Positions 48,101 to 57,714 of a stretch of 64,000 bases of DNA are shown here, one piece after another. Position 1 is the stretch's first letter. Every line of letters begins with the position of its first letter. The translations under genes and the position numbers were made by a program. The notes beneath the pieces are model-generated. The model was not told where the DNA came from. It made no database searches and was given only the letters and a program-made list of their open reading frames with translations. Source of the DNA: Somniosus microcephalus (taxonomy: Eukaryota); contig CM126227.1 of NCBI GenBank assembly GCA_052327205.1, forward strand, positions 7,378,001-7,442,000, given 5' to 3'.

Positions 48101-50400
48101 GGGACCTCCTTTGTTTAAAATGCACTAACTTGCATGCCATAACACGCCACGTCTGAATTTTTGTTTTAATTACTGGTCGCGAATGCAAATACAATGAGCT
48201 TTGCTTGATATTTGTGATTGAAGCCAAGCAAAACATTTCAGAATGATTCAGTTGCCGCAGCTTCTAGTTCTTAACCCTGCCCTCCTCTTCCTCCACCAGA
48301 GTGAGAGAGAGTTTCTGTGCCACTGTGCCAAAGGATGGGCGCTCCTATTCCCCGATGCTGTTCGCACAGACTGTGAGGGTGCTGAAGAAGATCAACAAGC
48401 CTGGCAACATGATCATAGCCTTCAGTGACCTGGCTGATAAAGTAAAGGTAGGTCGCAGGAAGATCGTGCGTCCTCCGCGAGTCCTGTGGGTAATTCATTG
48501 GCTGGACTGTCACTGAGCAGCGAAGGCACAGAGGTCTTCAGATGGTACAGTGTCTGGTGGACGAAGAGCCTTTTTGGGGCCTCGTTGAGGTTGGCACGCC
48601 ACACTCCGATACCAACTGAGACAACATCATGCGGCAATGGGATAGCGTTTTGAATTTTCCACTCTGTTGCATTCTTAATTAACTGTCTGTGAGTAGATAC
48701 TGGTGGACTCCAGCACCAGTCCCTGTGGGAAGGAGAAGGTTGTAAAGGTGTCGTCTTTTGGATGCCTACGATTGGCATTGGAAGTTGCCTCCTGGCCATA
48801 GAAGATGTTAGGCCCAGGACAGACTAGTAAAGGGATGGGAGGAGAGGATAATATGCATCTCGCTGGAGGATATATTGGGTAGAGGATAATTGAACTGCAA
48901 AACTTTAATCATCAAGAGTTGGCAGACGTTCTGGAGCAGAGTTGGCGCAGTGTATATTTGTCACCTAAGCCCTGCGATTTAATGGGAGTACTTTCATCTA
49001 TCGCTGTGTCTGTCGATAATGATCTTTCCCCAGCTCCTTTTTTATGTGACTTTGAAAGTACCGTGGAGGTTTTTTTTTTTTGACAATAGCGTTCACTAAT
49101 TTGTGTTTTTAGTCCTGATACATAATATTCCTAAATTTGGTGATCACGTGAATGGCTTTAGTGTTTTACTATTCATAGGGCAAAGCCAAAATCGGTGGAA
49201 CGGCCTTTCTGATCTGTATCATTCTTGTGACCTCGAATGCTGACTTTCTGCTCCACCTTTGGTACTGCATTGGAGCTAAAATTGCAGCCCACTGCAGCTG
49301 GTGTTGGTGAAAGCTAGACTGTCACTCATCTTAGCGTTGCATCGGATGCATTAACAATTCTGCTGGCTATAAATTCTACCTTTTTTTACAACTTAGTTCC
49401 AGAATTATTATTTTTTAAAAGCAGCCACCTGTACTGCCATTCTGTTTTTAAATGCCGGCTAAGCCATCTAGTCACCTTTTTTGGTAAAACAAACCTCAGT
49501 AAGCAGAGCTGCCTGTGTACGTTGGAGCCACAGAATCAGACGTTCGCCACCCACCCAGCTCACACCACAGCAAAGCCAGCAGGCAGTATAACTCATGCAC
49601 TGAACTAGTAGGTGTGGTGTCTCAACTGGATAAGAAGCTACTTGAGCAGTTAAAATGAGCTGTATGTGGTGGTTTTTGATGAGACCAAGTTCTAATTTAA
49701 CGGAATAAAATTGGGGGGTGGGGAGGGCCTGTTCAAGGGATTAAGTAGTGATTCATAAATCATGTTTGCAGTTTGATCCTGTGAACAGATTGGTGGTGAT
49801 ACTCTCTTTCTGGCATCAATCTTTCCTCCGAGTCTCCAGAGCCTGCAGCTCCAAAAGAAGCTATATTTGGGCGGTGCATGAGTCCGGGGATGCTGCCTCC
49901 TCTTGCTATGGTACTGTTCTTGACCGCAAGTAACATTGATACTCTGCCAATCAGTCTCTTGCAGACCTGCAACAGCAGGAGGAGGAGACGTTCGTAGACG
50001 CTCCGGATGAATTTCTGGATCCGATAATGAGCACAGTGATGACCGATCCCGTTATACTGCCCTCCTCCCGGGTGACAGTCGACAGGTCAACCATAGCTAG
50101 GCATCTCCTCAGGTAAGGGATTCCAGTGCCGGGAGGCAAGTTAATCCCAGTGCACCGCTGATGGCAGTATTTTAAGGCAGTGAATTTCATTTGCATTCTT
50201 TGCCCTCTTGTATTTTAAATCCACTCTCAGCATAATTTTTATTTTTTGTTTTGTTCTGTTTTTTCAGTGACCAAACCGACCCATTCAATCGTAGCCCACT
50301 CACGATGGATCAGATCAAAGCAAACTCGGAAATAAAAGAGAAAATTCAGAAGTGGCTGGCAGAAAGGAAACGACAGAAGGATCAAAATGGGCAGACATAG
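6056..50400 (+). CDS. UBE4A: Ubiquitin conjugation factor E4 A (U-box E3/E4 ligase, Ufd2 family); 19 coding exons, about 1075 aa
   Basis: Exon translations match vertebrate UBE4A throughout, from [19 protein letters not shown] through Ufd2P core segments to the U-box [47 protein letters not shown]. All junctions are GT-AG, phases are compatible, and the summed length is 3228 nt (divisible by 3, ending in TAG). Confidence 0.98.
7700..8640 (+). mobile_element. Decayed RLE-type non-LTR retrotransposon (HERO-like clade)
   Basis: Peptide [36 protein letters not shown]...SQDPV resembles the post-RT region of HERO/R2-group elements as I recall it. A GT..H.L..CP zinc-knuckle remnant lies near 8556-8591. 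Boundaries are approximate. Confidence 0.65.
9028..9210 (+). CDS. UBE4A: UBE4A coding exon 2
   Basis: actccag|AG..; ECPVSTEEG...[26 protein letters not shown]; donor A|gtgagt. The acceptor could alternatively be 9037 or 9046 (both in frame). Confidence 0.9.
9645..10085 (+). mobile_element. SacSINE1-like SINE, full length
   Basis: gtcagccctggctcagtgggcagcacc...ggttcaagtccc...aaatgcaagtctttt. Confidence 0.8.
11064..11176 (+). CDS. UBE4A: UBE4A coding exon 3
   Basis: ttgtag|GT GAC CCC; [38 protein letters not shown]; CAG|gtatt. Confidence 0.95.
11289..11845 (-). mobile_element. Tigger/pogo-like MITE, family A
   Basis: TA|CAGGAAACTCTC...GAGTTTCCTG|TA; same subterminal sequence as 31-429 in inverted orientation. 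Confidence 0.8.
11384..11748. repeat. Perfect 29-bp minisatellite, about 12.6 copies (tgtggccgtgcaaccggggttcctgcacc)
   Basis: Directly visible; accounts for the repetitive ORFs in all six frames. Confidence 0.97.
12790..13960 (-). mobile_element. Stack of old CR1 LINE 3' fragments
   Basis: [12 protein letters not shown]...[20 protein letters not shown] peptide (13785-13970). Confidence 0.7.
14980..15539. repeat. Local direct-inverted-direct triplication
   Basis: Copies at 14980-15048 (+), 15083-15196 (-) and 15429-15539 (+). Confidence 0.92.
15786..15938 (+). CDS. UBE4A: UBE4A coding exon 4
   Basis: aatag|GCT; [18 protein letters not shown]...[24 protein letters not shown]; GAG|gtatgt. Confidence 0.95.
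16421..16580 (+). CDS. UBE4A: UBE4A coding exon 5
   Basis: caacag|ATT; [53 protein letters not shown]; C|gtaagt. Confidence 0.93.
17707..17909 (+). CDS. UBE4A: UBE4A coding exon 6
   Basis: acgcag|AC; [25 protein letters not shown]...[16 protein letters not shown]; GAA|gtaaga. Confidence 0.95.
18190..18520 (-). mobile_element. SINE-like repeat with tRNA-like head and LINE-derived tail
   Basis: ggcaaggccagcatttattgccc..gaaggtggtggtgagc also occurs at 20965-21058; the head resembles 6790-7010. Confidence 0.55.
20008..20199 (+). CDS. UBE4A: UBE4A coding exon 7
   Basis: caacag|GTT; [11 protein letters not shown]...SCLLKTPG...[19 protein letters not shown]; CAG|gtgggt. Confidence 0.96.
20659..20943 (-). 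mobile_element. Tigger/pogo-like MITE, family A (few, diverged internal units)
   Basis: TA|CAGGAAGCTCTC...GAGTTTCCTG|TA; shares ggcaaaattcaggagtaggttcaggtaagttttac with the other copies. Confidence 0.8.
21334..22288. mobile_element. About 955-bp foldback element, PIF/Harbinger-like MITE
   Basis: Termini GGCCCAGTAATTC/GAATTTCTGGCCC, 3-bp flanks gtt/att, about 300-bp inverted arms and a central AT-rich palindrome. Confidence 0.75.
23266..23599 (+). CDS. UBE4A: UBE4A coding exon 8
   Basis: ttgcag|TTC; [11 protein letters not shown]...[22 protein letters not shown]...[11 protein letters not shown]...RNVHIK; G|gtacgg. Confidence 0.97.
23905..24516 (-). mobile_element. Penelope-like element fragment with inverted terminal copy
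   Basis: GIY-YIG C-terminal-like peptide [24 protein letters not shown]; inverted pLTR piece at about 24440-24516; 14-bp flanking direct repeat ttttgcttttagtt. Confidence 0.8.
24542..26000 (-). mobile_element. CR1/HER1-like LINE, 5'-truncated, with deletions
   Basis: RT peptides [53 protein letters not shown]; 3' UTR with gggccaaatggcct stem-loop. Confidence 0.93.
26941..27072 (+). repeat. Four tandem 31-32-bp copies of a CR1 3'-terminal stem-loop
   Basis: gaggggctgaatggcctccccctgttcctat x4, following a CR1 3' UTR piece. Confidence 0.9.
27655..28222 (+). mobile_element. Harbinger-like element fragment (one terminus GAATTTCTAGGCC)
   Basis: Same terminus as the 41056 element; inverted homologue at about 60880-61380 (atattgggcctcgggcc-tatttacatcag block). 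Confidence 0.6.
28423..28549 (+). CDS. UBE4A: UBE4A coding exon 9
   Basis: ccttag|GT; [43 protein letters not shown]; AG|gtactg. Confidence 0.95.
29613..29920 (+). CDS. UBE4A: UBE4A coding exon 10
   Basis: ttacag|G; [24 protein letters not shown]...EQFERLM...[18 protein letters not shown]; G|gtatat. Confidence 0.97.
30180..30531 (+). mobile_element. CR1 LINE 3' fragment
   Basis: acccagagg..tggaactcactgc..gaatggcctcctcctgtgctg..attctatg. Confidence 0.75.
30957..31104. mobile_element. Non-autonomous hAT element (related to 812-973)
   Basis: TIR (C)AATGTTTCCTTTAA/TTAAAGGGAACATTG; degenerate 8-bp TSD gttggtgc/gttaatgc. Confidence 0.75.
31733..31865 (+). CDS. UBE4A: UBE4A coding exon 11
   Basis: tcacag|AG; [45 protein letters not shown]; AG|gtaaaa. 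Confidence 0.96.
33167..33496 (+). mobile_element. Tigger/pogo-like MITE, family B
   Basis: TA|CAGGAAAC...GTTTCCTG|TA; inverted homologue at 38531-38858. Confidence 0.75.
34299..34453. mobile_element. Non-autonomous hAT element (same family, inverted)
   Basis: TIRs CAATGTTCCCTTTAA/TTAAAGGGAACATTG. Confidence 0.75.
34850..35440 (-). mobile_element. L2-clade LINE 3' fragment
   Basis: [49 protein letters not shown]; related pieces at about 3915-4325 (-), 23640-23888 (+) and 60215-60434 (+). Confidence 0.88.
35714..35901 (+). CDS. UBE4A: UBE4A coding exon 12
   Basis: cctcag|G; [19 protein letters not shown]...[15 protein letters not shown]; G|gtatgt. Confidence 0.97.
36947..37435 (-). mobile_element. 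CR1 LINE 3' fragment
   Basis: catagaatc..cacagaaggaggccattcggccc.. followed by ORF2 C-terminal remnant. Confidence 0.8.
38021..38242 (+). mobile_element. CR1 LINE 3' end
   Basis: gatcagccatgatctcattgaatggcggagcaggctcgaggggccgaatggc. Confidence 0.8.
38531..38858 (-). mobile_element. Tigger/pogo-like MITE, family B
   Basis: TA|CAGGAAACTTTG...CAAAGTTTCCTG|TA; shares the gatacggagatgaaaacctccgta block with the 33167 copy. Confidence 0.75.
40208..40399. mobile_element. Minimal Penelope pLTR insertion, two inverted copies
   Basis: Inverted arms at 40212-40275 and 40300-40363; 15-bp TSD gaaagattggaggaa (40193-40207, 40400-40414). Confidence 0.8.
40918..41018 (+). CDS. UBE4A: UBE4A coding exon 13
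   Basis: tactag|GT; [34 protein letters not shown]; AAG|gtctgt. Confidence 0.96.
41056..41729. mobile_element. CpG-rich PIF/Harbinger-like MITE
   Basis: Perfect 13-bp TIR GGCCTAGAAATTC/GAATTTCTAGGCC with 3-bp TSD ATT. Confidence 0.85.
42743..42856 (+). CDS. UBE4A: UBE4A coding exon 14
   Basis: ttgcag|AAG; [38 protein letters not shown]; CAG|gtatct. Confidence 0.97.
42897..43328 (+). mobile_element. CR1 LINE 3' fragment, 40 bp after coding exon 14
   Basis: [23 protein letters not shown] peptide plus 3' UTR. Confidence 0.88.
43743..44195 (-). mobile_element. Penelope-like element 3' fragment
   Basis: [27 protein letters not shown] plus pLTR. Confidence 0.8.
43804..43843 (-). ncRNA. Minimal type I hammerhead-ribozyme-like motif in a Penelope pLTR
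   Basis: Minus strand reads AGUU-CUGAAGA-A-GGG(uuucga)CCC-GAAA-CGCU-GACU; U16.1 appears mutated to C in this copy. Confidence 0.55.
44505..44679 (+). CDS. UBE4A: UBE4A coding exon 15
   Basis: ttgcag|TAT; [17 protein letters not shown]...[23 protein letters not shown]; G|gtcagt. Confidence 0.97.
46790..47150 (+). mobile_element. Old dispersed SINE-like family (unnamed)
   Basis: Shares blocks (..ttagctga..ctc; gggaggggaaaa..agcc/gcagag; cctgac/gatc..cagtgacc) with about 620-720, 1140-1360, 2810-3075, 11860-12280, 34465-34640, 39320-39610 (-) and 43480-43740 (-). Confidence 0.5.
47222..47402 (+). CDS. UBE4A: UBE4A coding exon 16
   Basis: tggcag|AA; [60 protein letters not shown]; GG|gtaagt. 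Confidence 0.97.
48082..48119. repeat. Perfect 19-bp tandem duplication
   Basis: gggacctcctttgtttaaa x2. Confidence 0.9.
48300..48447 (+). CDS. UBE4A: UBE4A coding exon 17
   Basis: caccag|A; [49 protein letters not shown]; AAG|gtaggt. Confidence 0.96.
49955..50112 (+). CDS. UBE4A: UBE4A coding exon 18 (N-terminal part of the U-box)
   Basis: aatcag|TCT; [52 protein letters not shown]; AG|gtaagg. Confidence 0.96.
50268..50400 (+). CDS. UBE4A: UBE4A coding exon 19 (C-terminal part of the U-box, stop codon)
   Basis: tttcag|T; [47 protein letters not shown] at 50398-50400. Confidence 0.97.
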
Positions 50401-53400
50401 AGTGAAAAACCAAAAACAACAAATGAGAGCGTACAGTTATGGAACATTCACTGCTGTCTATACCTGCCTGCTGTACCAGGACTATCCAGGGACTGTACCT
50501 TAACGGCATATCTTAATCCATCGTCGCAACCCCTATTCATTACCGATCAATGTAACAAAATGTTCTTGTCGTAACTGCAGGAGGTTGGTCCAGCACAGCC
50601 CCATTTTTGCTCTTAAGCAGCCAGCTGCCAACATTAGCGCCTGGTATTAAGTATTTTTCTATCGATGTAGCAGACTGGAAGTCAGAACTGTGAAGACTTG
50701 GAAATAAGTCTACCAAGTGAGGAATTCACGACTGACTAGGTGGTTGTTTTAAAGTTGCTAAACGTTTAGTGGCTTTGAAATGATGCTGTGCAGTATTAAT
50801 GTACGAGCACTTAATGTGCTTCTGTGAAATTCCTTTTTTCTGCTGTTTTAACAGGCACGTTAACTTGCTTATTTTAAACGGGTTAAGGACTCCACTTAAA
50901 TAGCAGACAAAGGAATTTGGTACGTTACTATAGCACAGTATCATTCCCAGAACCTGTGTGTTTTGTTAACTCATCAGAGCCATTTTTTTGGAGGCCCTGG
51001 TTGGACACTGATCTTCACTTAGCTATCTGGCTGCAAGGGTTTTAGAGGTCCTGTGTAAAGTGGGAAGCAACTAATGGTTACGCAGCTGCATAGGTGAGCT
51101 TGATCTCCACAACTATTGTGCATGCGCTAAGGCCGGTACCATTGTGGTGTTGCTGTGACGTTACTCTGCGATGAGTCCTGAATGGAAGAAGGGATAGCTT
51201 TTGTTGTCGCTTACTTGGTAAGGAATCAACTGGTATTGACTCTTGCATAGAGAAGCTTCTGGGAAGTCTGGTACACCAAGAATCCCTTTTGTGGTGCTGT
51301 CCACGACACCAGTTGTGTAGGGGGAGTCCCTGCAAACATTGGCGGGTCCAGGACATCTCCTGCAAGTATTGCCACCCCCTTGGGAACCCAACCCCTTCTC
51401 CACTCTGTTGTCGACCTAAAGGAAAACCGAATATTGCAAGAAAGTTTGGGTTTTTTCATTATTAGTTTACAGCAACAGAACTAATGCACTAGTAAGCCAT
51501 CAAATAGTGAAGAACAGGATGCAGAATTTTCAACAACGTAAAAACTGTATCCCCGGCCCCAGACAGACAGAAACCCAATGACCTTCGTGGATCCCCTTAC
51601 AGATCCCAGTTTGGAAACCTATGTGCTGTACCAGAAAACCTCAAACAACTTGTGTTGGCTGTGGCTGCCTTATAAAATGTCTCCGTTATAAGATGCTTTT
51701 TCTGGAACTCCCAAAGACCACAGTATAAAGCGTAAAGGCTTCCCATGTGTCTAAGACTCTCGACACCGTTTTCTTACAGAAAGTGCTGTTTGTGTGCAAG
51801 GGAATGTTGTTTTTTGCAGTTTCCTGCTTTTTCCTCTATCCTTCTCCAGCACACTGACCTAAAAGATTGTACTGTCAGTGACCACCTGTATTTCCAAGTC
51901 TTGGATTAACTCCTTTCCTTGCCCCCTTTTCCTGATGCAGATGAGAATGGATACTCTATTGGTTATGTAAGTTTGTACTGGGTTGATGCAAAGTGGTATC
52001 CGGGATGTGGACGCCCAAGTTTATGGAAACCTGGTAATCTGTAGCAACTGCAAAGTATTTTAAGGCTATGTGAGGGTACAGTTGTTGAATTTATTTTTTC
52101 AAATAAACAGCAACTCGACTAATAACCCATGAGCAGCGAATCTAAAGGAATGGTGATGGTCATTTCATGCATTCAGTGGTCTGTATTCCGAGAGGTGCTA
52201 TAGATTTTTATTTTGTGAGTGCCACCAAATAATAGCACTTTCAACAAACAATTCAAAAAAATATATAAGTCTTTGAATGGACTGGTACTTGGGTGGTGTC
52301 CAGTGAAGTTTGAGGCAGAGTAATGTATTGATTCCTGTCTTGTTCACTGGGCCTTTGAGGGAGTGTCCTCTCTGGCCATTTGCATCAAGTTTAATTTTGC
52401 CTTCTTTGGGAATTGTTCATCTCTTGTACCAACTTGTGTATGCATGTTTTAAAACCACTGCCCCCTCTCTCCATGCAGTACCTTACTGGCTGTGGGCTGT
52501 TACAGGCCTCATGTTCCATTGAGTTTGACCACACCACTCTCTCCATTTGTGGACCATCTAAGAAAGATTGTTGGAGATTTTCTTTGAGCCTTATCCCACA
52601 AAAGTTTATGGTTTTTATTTTCGGTTTTTCCACAGGGATTTGCGGAGAGATGCTAATTGTTGTGAGGGAGGGAAGAGGCATAGAATGTGAACATTTGATT
52701 TGCTGCTATGTTCAGCTGCAGAGGATCTCTTGCTTAGTGTAGGATTAAGAAATGGCCATTACTATCTTGTCAAAGTGAACTTGATCTCATTTCATTCTTA
52801 ACCAACTGGAAACAGCAGAGCTATAATACGGAACCGATGTAGTTATAGTTCAAATTCACACTGACAACTTAATCGACACGTTAACTAGGCATGACTCCCC
52901 TTTCTGTCTGAGATTTAAAGCTTTGTGCTGTGTACTTTTATGGTGTCACACTGTGACAATGGATGTCAGGTATTTTCCCTGTGAGCATTGTATTGACTTC
53001 CTTCATTCGTACTGAAATGGTTGATTTCCACTTGTTTGGAGTTGCGAGACTTGAACAGACGTAAAGGAATTTTTAGAGGAAGTTTATTCCCAAATTGTAA
53101 GAAGTTGCTTGTTTTGAAGGTCTGAATTGCATCGAGGTGAGCTAAACTTTCTCTCTGCTTTTCTATTTGTTCTGCATCCTGCTGTCCTCTGGAGTCTGGC
53201 ATTACTGTAGCCTTGACATTACGCTGAATGGCACGAGGACTGGGATTAAACTCCTCCGGGTGTGACTTCAATGCTCTAGCTCTCTAGTTACTTGGCTACG
53301 CTGGTGTCTAAACTTTGATGTTCTGGTATCCTACTTCACCATAAAGGCTTGGAGAGCAGCCACTGTGTGGGATGCAGGAGGGCTGTAGGGCTGAATAATC

Positions 53401-54772
53401 CATCACTGCTGCTGATCTTCATGCTGCTGTGGCGGGCACTACATTGTTTATTCAGAAGGGAAAGGGGTATTTGTTCAGCATTTCAGCAAATCTTAACACT
53501 CCCGATTCCTTTGGGAATATTGGGGCACGTGCACAGAGATGCTTTTATTTTCCCTGTGTACTTGAAAAAAATTCATAAATTGAAGCCAGTGTACATTAAA
53601 AAAAACTTGATTCAACATTAAAACTCCAAAGGAGATCAATATTATCCTTTTTTTTTAAAACTATTTTTCTTCGTGCCTTTATTTATTCTTCTTGTCACTT
53701 CCCCCTCCTCCCTCGCCAAAGCACGACATCTCCTTGACTGGGAATATGGACTGACGGCATGGTCTTGCTCGTGCTGGTCTTGGACTGCCAGTGGGGTAGA
53801 CGCACAACAGCTGCTGTGTCCTCTCCTTGGTAACTTCTCCACGCAGTGTTCCTCCTCACTTGGTCCCATTGGGGAAACCACTCCATGAGCAAATTGTTGA
53901 AACATACAGCGGCTGAGACCAGTTCAAGCATTTGGAAGAGTGGCATGCTTTCTGCCCACATCTGATTTACTGGGGTCTTTACACTGGCTGGAGAGTGACA
54001 TATCCACAAGCTGAGCTGAGCTCCCAGTCGAGTCTTTTTACTTGTGTTCATTAAGCAGGTTTTACGTTCACCAGAAACCTGCTACTAATTTTTTTTGCAA
54101 TTTGGTTCTGTAACCGGATGCAAAGCATAGCATTTCAAAGCTCCTTAACAGTTCCTACCCCTTGGAGCAAGGTAGCTGTCAGGATAACTATTTTTCACTG
54201 CAACCTGCATTTGTGTCTCTGAATCTCCTTTTTGGAGTTCCATTTTGTAAGACCCAGAATGTATTCCATATGTTGTGTTAAAGCCGCTGGTGATGCCACA
54301 ACGGTTTATCTAGGAGGACGACACTTGGCTTCTTTAACGGCGTTTTTGCAAAGTGTAGTAATAACAATGCAATGCAAAGGTTATCAGATTGCAAGATAAA
54401 TGCGCACGTATAACCATAACCTTGCAGCCCAACTGAAAATGGACCAAAATCACTACTGACTATTATAAGAAACTGGATGTACTGCAAAAGGATCCCTGTA
54501 GCTGATGTAATTGGGGAGGTGTCCTCATTCTCCTTTGCGTAGTTTACACGACTGCAGGTGAGTTCAGCCCTGGCTTCCACACGCTGCGCTTTTTCACCGT
54601 CAAGAGTAGCAAACCTTTTGTGTATTTTGTTCTCTCTTGCCTCTACCCCTGGGAAATACTGTAGCCAAGTGAACCTTGCCACTCCCACTACCCCCACTCT
54701 CGCCTAAGATCAGTTAATGCGGCACGGATTTGGGAGGTGGGTGCAGGGGAGCAGTTTTAACTTTGGTCGAGC

Positions 54773-54906
54773 GTGTAAAGTGGGTGATACCGGATCGGCT
54801 GCCCGTTGTACATCTCCCCCCATTTACATTTCTGTTGAAGTCTGAATGGAAATGAAAATTGGGAGATGTACAACAGGTGGCTGATCCAATATCGCCCATT
54901 TTACAC
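54773..54906. mobile_element. Short palindromic MITE (hairpin) in the putative 3'UTR
   Basis: 46-nt imperfect inverted arms at 54773-54818 and 54861-54906; a related half copy ending in AAATTTCTAGGCC lies at about 2665-2737. Confidence 0.7.
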
Positions 54907-56095
54907 TATCGAGAGATTAGCCCCATAAAGTATTGATGCTGATTGTACTGCACCAAGTGGGGCATTTACCTGTGGAGCCATCTGAGGGAGATGGGGGTTT
55001 ATTTTTAAAACTAGGGTGGGGATGAGCTATCCAATAGGGAGTATCAGCCCGCAAAACTTTCTTCATTAACCCAGTGTGAAGCAAGCCTCTGTACCCAAGA
55101 CGCTGCCATTAATTGATCTTGCCACAATTTGGGTGTTTTTAAGGCTGTTCTTGAACGTCCTGCCGTTTCAGACATGTAGCCCTGTGCAACTCTGGGCACT
55201 ATAGCACCACACTGTGCCGGGTGGTGGCATCCAACACTTGCTGACCATGAGACCAGTGAAGATGTCTGGAATTCCTTGCTTGCAAGCGTCTCTGGCAGAG
55301 TGTGGGAACACCCAAATGCCAGAACCGGGGAGAGTGAATTTGTAGAAAAGGTTTCTGTAGAAACGGGGTTGTACACGCTGAGAATATTCTATGCATTTAC
55401 ATATTGGGGGACAGTACAGGTGCGTACCAGTAGGTTAAATGCTGACAAGCTCAGTGTATTAACGAGGTGCACTCTGGATGTGGCAGCGTACAGCAGGCAC
55501 CTGCGATTCTCCCAAAGGGCGAGGACAAACCCCTACTCAAGTTAGTGCATTTTCTGTAAATGGCATAAAATCTTCGAGCAGTTCACTTCCTATATATCTT
55601 GTATACCTCCAAGGTATTCCTCAAATACCAGCTCACGGCTGTAAAGCAACTCGTTTTTCAAGTGTTTCCTCATTGCTCAATCCTCCAACACCAGGAATCA
55701 GCCTCAACACTCTCTGCATTGCACTGAACGCTTCCCTTGCACCATGGCCATCCGAGCTGGGCACGTCACTGCACAGATCTCTCAAGATCGTCTCAAAGTT
55801 CTACAGGACCTGTAAGAGGGGAGAACCTAACTGAAACACTATTGGAAAAACAGCTTTCAATGAGTATTTAGTGGATCATTCTGAAGTGGGGACTAGGTTG
55901 GATGATTAGTAATGATGAGTGGGTGCGCCCTTCACCAGTGTGAATGGGATTCTCTCTCTGGGTGTACAAGGCTAATGGAACACAAAATTCTGAACACGAT
56001 TAGCATTCCACACTTGATTTCTAATGCTGCATCTGTTTTAACAATCTGGTATAACAAGTTGGGTAATCAATCTGGGCTTTGATGTTTGTTAAACT

Positions 56096-56120
56096 ATTAA
56101 AAGTAAAATAAATAAATAAA
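56096..56120 (+). terminator. Poly(A) signal cluster (ATTAAA plus three overlapping AATAAA)
   Basis: attaaaagtaaaataaataaataaa. Confidence 0.45.
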
Positions 56121-56606
56121 ATACTGCATTAAGCTCAAAAGGTCTAAACCATTTCCTGATTGTCCCTAAAATTCTGCATCCGAAGTGGGTCAATTATTCG
56201 TCCTGAGGGTCTAGCTCCGCTGTCTTGGAGCATGCAGTTTTGTGACAGGCTGACACCAGTGGCGCCCTGGTGCCTTATTGTGCAGACGCCCTGAATATGT
56301 GCTTGGAACTAGATTTGTCCATAAACGACAGTCATTCCTAACCCATCTCTCTTTTTCCCCCCCCCCCCTCCCCTCGCCCTTTGTAATAGGTGTATCAAGT
56401 GACCTGTTTTGATACATGATTGACCCAAGAGTCTTGTTAGGCTTGTGTGATTGTCAAATAATGTAAAATAGTTTTCTATGGTTAAATTATTGGTTCACTG
56501 GTTTAAATGAGAAAATTCTTTGCTTTACCTACACTGCTGTGATGCAGTGCACTATGCATTAGCTGCACCAGCCCTGTAATGATCTGCTGTTTAGATCTGA
56601 CTAGAA

Positions 56607-56645
56607 AATAAATACATATTAAAGATAGTCAGAAACTACATTAAA
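56607..56645 (+). terminator. Distal poly(A) signal cluster
   Basis: AATAAA at 56607 and ATTAAA at 56618 and 56640, followed by GU/U-rich sequence. Confidence 0.5.
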
Positions 56646-56823
56646 ATGGCTACTGTGCATTTTAATGCCTGTGGATTGGAGTTGGTCTCTTTCGGAAGAC
56701 TGGATGATGCCCTAAATCCTGATTCCCTGCTCCGGGAATTGTGCACTCTACCGTCCCACTGTACGGAGAGGGGTGACTAGTCACCTCATTAAACTGGCTT
56801 AAATTTAGCATTCTACTGCATTG

Positions 56824-57227
56824 GTTGTGGGTTCAAGTCCCACTCCCGAGACTTGAGCCCATAATCTAGGCTGACACTCCAGTGCAGTACTGAGGCGTTA
56901 AACCGAGGTCCCATCTGCCCTCTCAGGTGGACATAAAAGATCCCACGGCACTATTCGAAGAAGAGCAGAGGAGTTCTCCTCGGTGTCCTGGCCAATATTT
57001 ATCCCTCAACCAATACCTAAAACCGATGATTTGGTCAATATTTAATTGCTATTTGTAGGAGCCGCACTCTACTAGAGAGAACACAATCTGGGCTGCTGCT
57101 TTATTTTATTTCAGTTTCCTCCCCATCTCTCCTGAAGGCGTGAACTCATTCTACCTCCCTCACTGGCTGTGAAGCTCTTTGGGATGTCCAGAGGTGGTGA
57201 TAGTCGCTATATAAATGCAAGTTCTTC
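56824..57227 (+). mobile_element. SacSINE1-like SINE, interrupted or partly deleted
   Basis: Same head, core and tail blocks. Confidence 0.7.
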
Positions 57228-57325
57228 AACTCGTGTTGGGATATGGATCAACTGGCGTTGGCAGCTGTATGGTTCCTCGCCCTGCAGTCTTCCTTCATGT
57301 GTGAACTTAGACAGTATGTATTGAA

Positions 57326-57714
57326 AAGTATTTACAGCACAGAAACAGGCCATTCGGCCCAACAGGTCTATGCCGGTGTTTATGCTCCACACGAGCCTCC
57401 TCCCACCCCTCTTCAACTAACCCCATCAACATATCTTTCTATTCCTTTCTCCCTTATGTGCTTATCTAGCTTCAACTAATCCTTGTGGTAGTGAGTTCCA
57501 CGTTCTCACCACTCTCTGGGTAATGAAGTTTCTCCTGACTTCTGTACTGGATTTATTAGTGACTGTCTTATCTGCATGGCCCTCTAGTTTTGGATTCCCC
57601 CAGAAGTGGAAACATCTTCTCTACGTCTACCCTATCGAACCCTCCCATAATCTTAAAGACCTCCATCAGGTCACCCCTCAGTCTTTTTTCTAGAGAAAAA
57701 AGTCCCAGCCTGTT
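57326..57714 (-). mobile_element. CR1 LINE 3' fragment (related copy at 59780-60160)
   Basis: cacagaaacaggccattcggccc..., ctcaccactctctgggt. Confidence 0.75.

Larger units (their letters stand above)
50401..56660 (+). other. UBE4A: Probable long UBE4A 3'UTR
   Basis: About 6.2 kb with almost none of the repeats that fill the introns. It ends at AATAAA/ATTAAA clusters, and SINEs/LINEs resume at about 56820. The true 3' end is not proven. Confidence 0.55.
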
